Of a DNA stretch of 20,000 bases, positions 1-8,600 are shown piece by piece; position 1 is the first letter of the stretch, and each line of letters begins with the position of its first letter. The notes beneath the pieces are model-generated. The model was given only the letters and a program-made list of their open reading frames with translations. It searched no databases and was not told where the DNA came from. This stretch comes from an uncultured virus (IMG/VR IMGVR_UViG_3300027847_002832) (Duplodnaviria > Heunggongvirae > Uroviricota > Caudoviricetes): the IMG/VR virus record IMGVR_UViG_3300027847_002832; one strand, 5' to 3'. Made by a program: the position numbers and the translations under genes.

Positions 1-1
1 C

Positions 2-865
2 CCAGTTTCTTTGAACAACATCTCCATCAGACTGATCAACAAACACAAACTCTTTAGGATCAGTGGCCATCTCTGTAGCGGTTTCAACAGAGTATGGATT
101 GCTTATTGAGTCTACATAAAAGAACGGAACTGATTCATCATTGTCGATGATGATGTATCCTTTCTTTGTTACCACTCCTTGTGCCCCTGTTGAAGTTACA
201 ACATTCAACTTTACTGTGTATTCCCCTTCTACAAGATATGTGTGAGTAGGACTTTTTTCTAAAGATGAGCCGCCATCTCCAAAGTCCCATAAGTATCTTA
301 CAACGTGACCTGTAGAAAAGTTTTGAAACCTGACTTTCATGGGAGCATCCCCTCTAATTGGGAATGCTCTAAACAAAGGCTTGGGAGCGAGAAACCTATT
401 TTCTTGCTGTTTCAAAATTCCATTCAAAGAAGTTGCAAGAGGTCCAACTTTTATTCCAAGGTCCGCTTCTATTTTAATGATCGCATCTTTGATTGCGTTG
501 TGGTGTTCAGCAACTACTGAATTTGTAACAAAGTTATTTCCTTTTGAGAATTTGGTTTGTCTCGATCCAGCAAAGCCTCTAATCAAATCTTGGAATGTGT
601 TACTTGTTTTCATCCCGTAATAAATCAACTCATGATTTCCAGCGACTCCAATATCTGGTCCGATTCTTATAATGCCTTCATTTGGGAATCCTTCTGTGCT
701 GTCTATTATGACTTGACTGGCAGAATAAGTGATTGAATGTTTAAGAGGCATCTTGGAATTATTAGTGGCCTCATAAAGAATTTCTTTATCATCAACCACA
801 TCTGGGAACAAGCTTAACATGCCTGTTGTGTATCCAGCATCTAAGCTCGAAATTTTATCTGCCAT
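2..865 (-). CDS. PKD-domain virion/tail-fibre-like protein, 3'-truncated by window edge (>=288 aa)
   Basis: Translated by hand; not in ORF track because no stop lies in the window. ATG at 865-863, MADKISSLDAGY..., open to position 2. Contains STEGFPNEGIIRIG...ELIYYGMKT...RGFAGS (phage structural-domain-like), AEHHNAIKDAIIKIEADLG, and a PKD signature YLWDFGDGGSSLEKSPTHTY...YTVKL (WDFGDG at 272-289). A second PKD probably begins at FVDQSDGDVVQRNW. Confidence 0.85.
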   Translation of the reverse strand, partial: MADKISSLDAGYTTGMLSLFPDVVDDKEILYEATNNSKMPLKHSITYSASQVIIDSTEGFPNEGIIRIGPDIGVAGNHELIYYGMKTSNTFQDLIRGFAGSRQTKFSKGNNFVTNSVVAEHHNAIKDAIIKIEADLGIKVGPLATSLNGILKQQENRFLAPKPLFRAFPIRGDAPMKVRFQNFSTGHVVRYLWDFGDGGSSLEKSPTHTYLVEGEYTVKLNVVTSTGAQGVVTKKGYIIIDNDESVPFFYVDSISNPYSVETATEMATDPKEFVFVDQSDGDVVQRNW

Positions 866-868
866 GTT

Positions 869-1576
869 TTATCCTTGCGTGTGTGCCTTTATTTCTGCCG
901 TGGGTCTTTTGTCAACAGGTGGTGCTTGTCTTTGTGCAATCATCTGTTGTTGTACATTTTCCAATGCTGCTGTGACATGTTTTTTTACAGCAGCATCATC
1001 ATGAAGTGACATTACAGTTTTAACAAAATCGGGATCGAGAGGACGTTTAAGAATAATTCTAAGATTGAATTCTTCTAACAATCTTTCATTCCAATATTCT
1101 TTCTGTGCAGACTCGTCATCTAAAGATTTTACTTCTCCTACAATCTCCACAATTTTCTCGTATCCAGCAGCAAGAAAACCCATTTCTTCCAAAACGCATT
1201 TAAGTTTGTTGTTAACTTTTCTCGATGATTTCACAAGAGCTTCTTTCTCTCTTTGTAGCTTTCTTATATTTATCTCATTTTCCTGAATATTTAAGTCTAA
1301 TGAGGAATCATCTGCAAAATCCCGTATTTCTCTATTAAGTCTTTCAACCCTAATATCGAATAGTTCAAGATTGTCTTCAGCATCAGCAAGGTCTCTCTTA
1401 TAGGAATCTACTGTTTCACTTCGGGCTTGCAATTCACGGGTAATCTGCCATAATTGACCTTGCGCTGTGGGTTCTTTGCCTACAATGAATTTTTCGATCT
1501 GAAAGAAAGTATGACGATCTGGCATCTCTGCATTCTTTAAGATTTTGTTTGTTTGCTCAATAATTTCTGTTGACAT
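869..1576 (-). CDS. Coiled-coil phage protein of unknown function, possibly tail-fibre assembly related (235 aa)
   Basis: GGAGG RBS (cctcc 1581-1585); long E/K/L-rich heptad-like centre; N-terminal FQIEKFIVGKEPT...Q...EL..R motif; ends 3 bp before the PKD gene start. Confidence 0.7.
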   Translation of the reverse strand: MSTEIIEQTNKILKNAEMPDRHTFFQIEKFIVGKEPTAQGQLWQITRELQARSETVDSYKRDLADAEDNLELFDIRVERLNREIRDFADDSSLDLNIQENEINIRKLQREKEALVKSSRKVNNKLKCVLEEMGFLAAGYEKIVEIVGEVKSLDDESAQKEYWNERLLEEFNLRIILKRPLDPDFVKTVMSLHDDAAVKKHVTAALENVQQQMIAQRQAPPVDKRPTAEIKAHTQG

Positions 1577-1598
1577 TATTCCTCCGATTTGGGATTAT
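1570..1598 (+). promoter_or_regulatory. Putative sigma70-type promoter for the plus-strand gene
   Basis: TTGACA 1570-1575, 17-nt spacer, TG at 1590-1591 (extended -10 position), GATTAT 1593-1598; AAGGAG RBS at 1614-1619. Confidence 0.5.
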
Positions 1599-1627
1599 GT
1601 TGTGTCTTGCATAAAGGAGTGAAAATT

Positions 1628-2245
1628 ATGGGACTTTTAGATGGTGCTTGGGGTTATTTGTCAGGTCCAATGGAATATGTTGCTGATCATGGTGTTGAAT
1701 GGCGTCGAAAATTCACACGTTTGGTGTATGAAGCTGAACTTGATGTTGCTTTAATTGATCCGACAGACAAGCCGGGCGGCAAAGACATCAAGATGGGCGA
1801 AGACAAAGAAACGCAAGTTGCTTTGCAAGCCAATGGTAAGTTTAAGGAATTACAACAATATGTAGGAAAATACAGAAGATTTGACCTACGATTTGTTGAT
1901 CAATCTGATTTTTCAGTTGCAGTGATAGACCCCACTGTCCCACAGTGGGGAACTGGCAATGAAGTCTACATGGGGGAAGATCAACATAAACCTGCATTCT
2001 TCATCTGTGAAGGTGGTTTGTACAATCTTCCTCGCTGGTTATTTGACGTTATTGAAAAGATCACCGAGGATGACCCTAATAAGGCTCTCAGTGAAACCAA
2101 CGTCTATGAGTCGGTGGAAGATGTCATTGCAGAATTGGTGCTCTTAGACAGCGGACAGAAGCCTCTCAGCGATGAATGGGTTCTAGTCAGGCGTGAGATT
2201 GAGCGTAGGGCCGAAGAGAACAAGAAAAAATACTCAAAACCCTAA
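1628..2245 (+). CDS. Nucleoside 2-deoxyribosyltransferase-like / nucleotide N-glycosidase-like protein (about 205 aa)
   Basis: Start moved from 1589 to the in-frame ATG at 1628 because of AAGGAG at 1614-1619. Motifs YLSGPM...WR, DLRFVDQSDFSVAVID and WGTGNE...KP follow the NDT/DNPH1/MilB-fold pattern, with a candidate catalytic Glu in GTxxE. Confidence 0.75.
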   Translation: MGLLDGAWGYLSGPMEYVADHGVEWRRKFTRLVYEAELDVALIDPTDKPGGKDIKMGEDKETQVALQANGKFKELQQYVGKYRRFDLRFVDQSDFSVAVIDPTVPQWGTGNEVYMGEDQHKPAFFICEGGLYNLPRWLFDVIEKITEDDPNKALSETNVYESVEDVIAELVLLDSGQKPLSDEWVLVRREIERRAEENKKKYSKP

Positions 2246-2695
2246 TTGCTTCCAATCTAATTTTTGCATTGGAGGCAATTGTCTGGGATGACGGGTAACA
2301 GTTATCCTTGGCACAGAAGCATCTCTAAATCTCCAAGTGGCTTCAAGTCTGACAGGCTCGTCTTCATGTGCAGAGTAAGACATGCTTACAAGTGTTGTAT
2401 CGTGATATTCCACCGAGTGGCCTGTGCCTAGACCTACTTTAATTGTAGGTCTGGGATTTATTGGCACAGCAACATTTGGACTAACATGATGTATTGCTGT
2501 TTCTATTAGCTCATTCACTTCTGGAAATGTAAAATGCAAATCTCCAAATCTCATTTGTTGAACCGCCAGCGGCGGCTCCATTCCTGATATTTCTGCTTCC
2601 CATTCTAATTCAAATGATTCAACTGGAAGTCTTTCTGTGATAGCAGTTTCTTCCTGAAACATTTGAAAGGTTAAATCAAAACCTGCCAAAGTCAT
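2234..2695 (-). CDS. Hypothetical protein (153 aa)
   Basis: ATGA overlap with the upstream gene's stop (2692-2695) suggests translational coupling; beta-rich C-terminal half; ends LDWKQLGF. Confidence 0.65.
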   Translation of the reverse strand: MTLAGFDLTFQMFQEETAITERLPVESFELEWEAEISGMEPPLAVQQMRFGDLHFTFPEVNELIETAIHHVSPNVAVPINPRPTIKVGLGTGHSVEYHDTTLVSMSYSAHEDEPVRLEATWRFRDASVPRITVTRHPRQLPPMQKLDWKQLGF

Positions 2696-3225
2696 ATCAC
2701 CCTCATTCCTACTATTCCCTTAAATTTAGCATCATGTTCTAAAGCAGCAGCAGTCCACAAGAACTTTGCCATTTCAAAATCATTCATTCCTTGCTTTTCC
2801 AACGCACCTTCTGTGAAGTTTCCAACCTTCTTAAAGAAGTCCCTGTTTATTAGAACTCCATTGAATGATCCAGATATGAAATCATAGCGTTTTTCTACAA
2901 CTGGAAACAAGATGTCTTTTTCACTTGTTGCAAATGTTGCAAACTTTCTTTCTAAGAAAGCAGGAATTCTACTTCCTGCGAACATGATAAATCCCCATTC
3001 ATGTTTAACACGCTTCATGCCAACATTGACAAGACTGGTGATTGTGTCTTTGCCCTTCCAGATAGGACAATGCTCTTTCATTTCCTTGACTTCTTTAGGA
3101 GTTGTGTCTCCCGGTACGACAGCGATGCACTCTCTGTCATATGAGTGATGACGTACACCTCCTACGCTATTCCTTAAACCCCCAGAATTTCTGTCGGGGC
3201 AAAGGATGATAAATCCTACATCCAT
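2692..3225 (-). CDS. Degenerate GT-A (GT2-like) fold protein (177 aa)
   Basis: VGFIIL...N..GL..S...ECIAVV...SLVNVGMKRVKHEWGFIM follows the GT2 N-terminal pattern, but FAGS sits where DxD is expected; later GVLINRDFFKKVGNF resembles the GT2 'rr..f..vGgF' segment. Confidence 0.6.
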   Translation of the reverse strand: MDVGFIILCPDRNSGGLRNSVGGVRHHSYDRECIAVVPGDTTPKEVKEMKEHCPIWKGKDTITSLVNVGMKRVKHEWGFIMFAGSRIPAFLERKFATFATSEKDILFPVVEKRYDFISGSFNGVLINRDFFKKVGNFTEGALEKQGMNDFEMAKFLWTAAALEHDAKFKGIVGMRVI

Positions 3226-3239
3226 GATTAACTTTCTTC

Positions 3240-4019
3240 TTAGACAAGCGAGATGTCATAATCGACTTTTATGATATCATCATCTGTGATAGCCGTTGAC
3301 AATTCGAATGCGCCGTTGGTGGAATCAGATGTGAAAGCAATCAATGTCCATGGATCATCAACAAGCGGACCCGGAATATAAACGCTATCATCTTCAAAGA
3401 TTCTGACTCCATTGATTACAATTCTTAAAGACTCATCAATGTATGCAGAGGCAACAGAGTTGACTTTGTAATTGATGTAGTCTGGAGTCACCAGATTGAC
3501 GTGTACCGGGGTTTTTCCATAGTTATGCTGGTGAGCAGCACTGGCCGGGAACGTCATATGAAATTTAAGGATATCTGGTGCTTCGATAGAGGGAGTAATT
3601 GTACTCGACGGTTCAATTTTAACCGTGCCACTATCGAATGTAAGTAGACTACTACCATCTGAGTTTATGCGCAAGGTCAAATCTGTTGCTTCATCAGCAA
3701 CCAAGTCTACTTTGGCCGATTGTGCTGTTGACATTCTTACAAATGCTGATCCATCTGTGTGATCTTCAATGTTGTGTAATGCCGTATCAATAGCAGTTGC
3801 TTTAAGACTTCCATCTTGCTCTATTGATTGATTAAGACGATTTGCTACAGAACCGGCTGTGCCAATAGCGTCTCGCATTTCTTCAAGAACATCGTCTAAG
3901 GCCAAGTTAATGAGATTTTGGCGAGTGATAATGTTCTTTAACGGTAGATTGTCTATCTCCCAATGATACGGATCATTGGGTTGATAGAACACTTCTGGGA
4001 TTAGTTCAATACGTGGCAA
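3240..4019 (-). CDS. Putative virion structural (baseplate/fibre-associated) protein (259 aa)
   Basis: TTG start (caa 4017-4019) with AAGGAG RBS (ctcctt 4025-4030). N-terminal DNLPLKNIITRQ helix and C-terminal LRIVINGVRI...FELSTAITDDDIIKVDY beta module resemble large-phage tail proteins. Confidence 0.65.
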   Translation of the reverse strand: MPRIELIPEVFYQPNDPYHWEIDNLPLKNIITRQNLINLALDDVLEEMRDAIGTAGSVANRLNQSIEQDGSLKATAIDTALHNIEDHTDGSAFVRMSTAQSAKVDLVADEATDLTLRINSDGSSLLTFDSGTVKIEPSSTITPSIEAPDILKFHMTFPASAAHQHNYGKTPVHVNLVTPDYINYKVNSVASAYIDESLRIVINGVRIFEDDSVYIPGPLVDDPWTLIAFTSDSTNGAFELSTAITDDDIIKVDYDISLV

Positions 4020-5092
4020 TGGTTCTCCTTCAGAACACGAGATACTGTGCTCTGATTGATATTTAGTCTTTCAGCAATAGCTTTTTGGAAAACCCCATCT
4101 TCCTTTAACAGAACAATTTGGGACTTAGTTTCCTTTGTGAGACGAGGCTTACGTTCCACATTTATCTTCTTTCCAAGATGAGACCAACGATCACCAGAAA
4201 GTATTACAGAAATATTGGCTTGTGATATGTCAAATTTCTTAGCAATCTTCTTCTGTAGCCACCCTTTGTCTCGCAGCTTGAAAATTTGTTTGATATTCGC
4301 TTCTGTAAGCTTGGACAAAGAATGTGTTTCTCCTTGGTGGGGTTTCTTGTCGTAAGTCTCTGTGTCAACCTTGTACTTAAAGCAGTCCCACTCAATGTGT
4401 GGTTTGATCATTTCCATAAAGTCAAAGTAATGATCTCTGCCAATGTAAATTTTGTATTGGTCTTTCTTGCGTGCTTTTTTCTTGTGGCTTTTGATTCCGA
4501 GGTCTTTGTCGAGTCTTTCTATAAGGAAATCAATTTCTTCAACTGTAAACCCTTGTGTGTTCAACTCAATATTGGCATCTTTTGGATTTGCTGATCCATC
4601 ATCCATGTGCCACACACAAAGTGTGAGCGGAGTTAATTTTACATCTCGTGGGACTATTTTGGTTCTCTTCACTGTCCTTTCAATAAGTTCCATCTTATAC
4701 CATCGTTCATCCACTTCATTCCAAATTTCTTCCATATGAGTTGTGAAAGTGTAGCGATGATAAGTCTTTCCTCCTACACCCTTAAATGACATCGGTTTAA
4801 CACTTGACGAAAAATCTCCGAACATCTTCATGTGCCAATCCATGTATGTTTGTTTGTCGTCACCTCTGTGATCTAATTTTGATTGTGCTTTTTGAAACTT
4901 TTTGTTTGAAGTTTTAAGACTATTTTCAAACATTTCTTTAACACCAACATCTTTAAGCACTGTCGTTGTTCCTTCATTGATTATCCTTGTGGCTATTCGA
5001 TGCAAGAAATCATTATGCTTGTTCTTGGTCCAAATTGTTGCATCTCCAAGAAGAGACCCATCAATCACTTGTTTCTGTTCGTTTGTAAACAT
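4001..5092 (-). mobile_element. Free-standing double-motif LAGLIDADG homing endonuclease gene with two C-terminal HTH domains (363 aa)
   Basis: Motif 1 VIDGSLLGDATI; motif 2 LTPLTLCVWHMDDGS then IELNTQGFT.EEIDFL (LAGLIDADG_2 type). C-terminus GETHSLSKLT...LQKKIAKKFDISQANISVILSG and FQKAIAERLNINQSTVSRVLK. Flanking genes look intact. Confidence 0.9.
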
Positions 5093-5097
5093 TACAT

Positions 5098-5146
5098 CTC
5101 CTTTTTAAGATACTTTATTATAGTAAAAAGAATATGTAAATTACAA
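5098..5146 (-). promoter_or_regulatory. Sigma70-like promoter and RBS of the endonuclease gene
   Basis: Minus strand: TTGTAA (5146-5141), 18 nt, TATAAT (5122-5117), AAGGAG (5103-5098) 5 nt before the ATG; lies in the longest intergenic gap (85 bp, very AT-rich). Confidence 0.6.
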
Positions 5147-5177
5147 TTAGTTTTGTATTTTTGGATAAATTTGTGAA

Positions 5178-5651
5178 TTACACAAAGTTTAACCTCCAGT
5201 TGAAACTGATCTGCATGTCTGCCGTCTTATTCAGGTCTGGAAAAGTTGTCATACTGAATAAATCGCCATTTGCCATTTGCAGGGCCATCTCATTCAATGT
5301 CAGCCCAACACCTTCACTAAACAGAATAACGGACGTGAAGATGACCTGTGCAGCCACAGAGGTATCTGAATTAGCCAACGCTGGCTTAGATACTTGAGTG
5401 ACACCAAAAAGACCATTTCTTCCAGCATTTACTACTTTCTTGACCCCGCCAGTTGTTCCTGCATCTCCAAAAATCATTCTGGTGACATAGAAGTCAAAGC
5501 TGCTGCCAATCTGGTTGGCGAGACCATTGGCAAGTGCAAGACGACCAGTTGTTAACACTGTGTTGTGAACTGTTATCACTTCCCCATCGCCATCTTTGTA
5601 TTCAATGCAGATATCTACTTCCCCTTGGGGTTTTACTGATTCTTTAATCAT
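5178..5651 (-). CDS. Small baseplate / tail-collar-fibre-like protein (157 aa)
   Basis: HNTVLTTGR...MIFGDAG...LNEMAL...LFSMTTFPDLNKT...ISFNWRLNF matches the pattern of tail-collar/fibre-attachment domains; ATGA-coupled to the gp7-like gene. Confidence 0.7.
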   Translation of the reverse strand: MIKESVKPQGEVDICIEYKDGDGEVITVHNTVLTTGRLALANGLANQIGSSFDFYVTRMIFGDAGTTGGVKKVVNAGRNGLFGVTQVSKPALANSDTSVAAQVIFTSVILFSEGVGLTLNEMALQMANGDLFSMTTFPDLNKTADMQISFNWRLNFV

Positions 5652-8600
5652 ATTTCACCTTCTTGAGTCTCTCCATCTAATGTTTCTATCACGAATGAGA
5701 TGCTTTCTTCAGCAGAAACATTCTCTTCCATTCCACTTCCCGGATTTGTTGACAAAGCAACAATTGCAGTGTTTTGGTCTATTTGATCGAACACTTCTCT
5801 AATAATCACGTCTTTACCATCACGATCTAAATGATCAAAAACTGTAAATCCAACATTCATTGAATCTTTGGTAAACTGAACCAGCGAATAAGCCACCGCA
5901 GTACCTCCTGCAATCAATGTTGTCCAAGTTTGTTCTTTACCAGCTAAAACTACATTTATTCCATCCCATTCTTCAATTCTATAAAAATCATTACCTATCT
6001 TAAACATGAAGCTTTCTTTGAATCTGTCTTCATCTGTAAGAGGGGCTACTGGATTAGTTCCGTTAATGATATTGAATTCTTGTTCGTGGTCGCTGAATGT
6101 AGTTAAATGCAACCCTTTGTAACCAAATAGTCCAGTTGCTTTATCCACTAATTTTCTTCTTGTATCTATGCTAGTTCCAACAACATCGCCATTCGTCCAT
6201 TCAGCGATCCATAATTTGTCTGGATCTTGGAATTTTAGTATTTCATAGTCCAATCCATCATTGTCATAATGTAGGAAGTCGCCAGCTAAAATGAATTTAT
6301 CTCTATCCACTGCAAGATCAGGTGCTTTAAGGTTTACAAACCCACGTCGTGTCACATCTAAATCTCCAGTTGTTCCTGAATCTATTGTTGCATCAAGATC
6401 ATTGAGAAGAATATAAGTGATTCCGGTTGTGTCTGTAGTGGGGAAAGTGCTTCTGCTTTCCAAAACAAGAACTCCATCTTGCACGTCTTCTATCTCATAA
6501 GCTGTGGAGTCGAATCCCGGAATTAGCACCTTCCACGCTCCACCAGTATAATCTGGAGTATGAGTGGAATCCCACTGAGACTTTACTCCTAAAGATGAAA
6601 AGTCAACACTACTGTCTGAGAACTCAATCAAGTCATCTTGAATGATATCTGCAATGCTTTGCTTGAATAGTATGTTCCATAAATTGAATGTAAAAGGAGA
6701 TTCGTTTAATGGTTCAATGGCACCGCCGCTTAGTCTTGCAACGTGTGGATTACCATCTAGCCTATTGTTTGTTTCTCCCAAGGTGTACGTGCCAGCGTTT
6801 GGAGAAGGTGCAAGAACTTCTAAAATGTGATTGAACACAGCAATACCCAATCCATCAAGTTCTATGTCTGGGGAAATGAAAGCAACGTGATCGTTATACC
6901 CAGTTCCTAACTTCCCAGAAAGCACTGTGGTCTTGGTTGCCAAATCTTCTCTATCAATTACAAATGATTGGCCGGGCAATCCACGATCCATTATTCTGTT
7001 AAAGAAAGGATTGGATTGGCCGGATAAAATGTATTGTGTAAAGTCTATGTTGACCAACACTTCGATATCTTCTGTGGGAGATTGAACAAATTCATTAACC
7101 TCACCAGAGAAGTTGATTGAGTGAAGTTGAGCATGAAATGGCATGTATTCATCAAGAATATCTTGTGCTTCTATCAATCTGTCATTATTTAACTCTTCAA
7201 TTCCAACATCAACCATGTAGCTGCTACTTATACAAGCACCACATGGATCAAGGAAATCACGATTTATTTGACACGCATCAAATGATGGGCGAGTGCTTCC
7301 ATTGTATTCTTCCATATTGTAGATGTTTTCTGAATATGGGAATTCAGTTCTAATGAACCCAAATACAATGGGATCAGCAAAAGGATGTCTTACAGGTATA
7401 AGAACATCAAACAATGGATCTTCCTCCTCGATCAATCTTACATTCCAATTTTTAGGAGGATACTTTTGACTTCCTTCATCTCTTTGATCTTGAAGAGGCA
7501 ATGAAAGAATATAATCTTGAAGAGTTTGTTCTGAGGTATCGGGAACTTCTTTGTATTCGTATTTAACTCTAAGAACATCTCCTTTGATTATGGTAAGAGG
7601 GCTTGATAGTTGCTCTCCAATCCATGTCATTTTTACAATACAGTCTTCTACTGAAAAACTGACATAATCTTTGTTCAAAACAGTGTATGTGCTAGAGCCT
7701 TCTTCCCTTAAGTATAATGCAAAATTTGCATCGTCAATTGGAAGAACTATATCGTCTTTCTCTAGTTGGAATACTGTGTCTGCTGTACTGTCAACATCAA
7801 AAGATTCTTCCCATGTATAAGGAGATGTTAATTGCCAGAATTGAGTGTATTTATTTAACTCCATTCCGCACATTGCGTAAGCGTCTTCCAGTCCTTCAAG
7901 AGTTCCCTTTTTCTTAAACACAGGTATGGCTTCTTTGATTTGACGACGCCAAAGCGTAGGATCGGAAGACCTTAACCTAACATCAAACAAATTAGACAAA
8001 TATGCGAGCATCGATTCATGTAAAGCATTTGAATCAAACAAGTCAATGATTTGATTTGTTAGGTCTTCAAGGAAAGTAAATCCCTTGGCAACAGCTTGAT
8101 TCAGTTTATCAGTAGAGTCTGGAGTTAGGTCTCCTTCACATATGACGTTTTTATACATCTCTGGAAGGTATCTCTCCAGTAGTATCTCGTATTTGTCTGT
8201 TGCTGTAACATGTGTTGGAATTGATGTCACTGCACGTGGATCACCATCAATTTTGAATGGCAAATGAGCCGACAAGCTGCTTCCTGCTGGAAGCGGAGTC
8301 CAAGTCCAGCAGATGAAGTAGTCTCCTTCACGGACCTTTCCCATTGGATGCCACTCATATGTAAAGTGACCAAATTGTGGATTGCCATCAGCGTCTTCTG
8401 GAACTAAATCCAAGTACGCATTAGTTGTATCTGTAGAAAGCCAAGCTGGAAACTCATATGTCCCTACAATTTCTACAGGTGTTCTTTCTTTGTAAAAGAA
8501 CTTGCTGACTTGTGTTGTGGCAGCTAGATTTGCTTGAGCTTGATCCAAGAGTTTTTTGTTAGCGACTGTAGGGTCTCCACAAAACGCTTCTTGCGCAACT

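Noticed and set aside
1589..1627. Upstream TTG start for the plus-strand gene given in the ORF track
   Set aside because: No RBS and it falls within the putative promoter; ATG at 1628 has a well-spaced AAGGAG.
4001..5177. Endonuclease as part of a group I intron or intein
   Set aside because: Own RBS, start and stop; flanking genes look complete; no room for a ribozyme core and no intein splice motifs.
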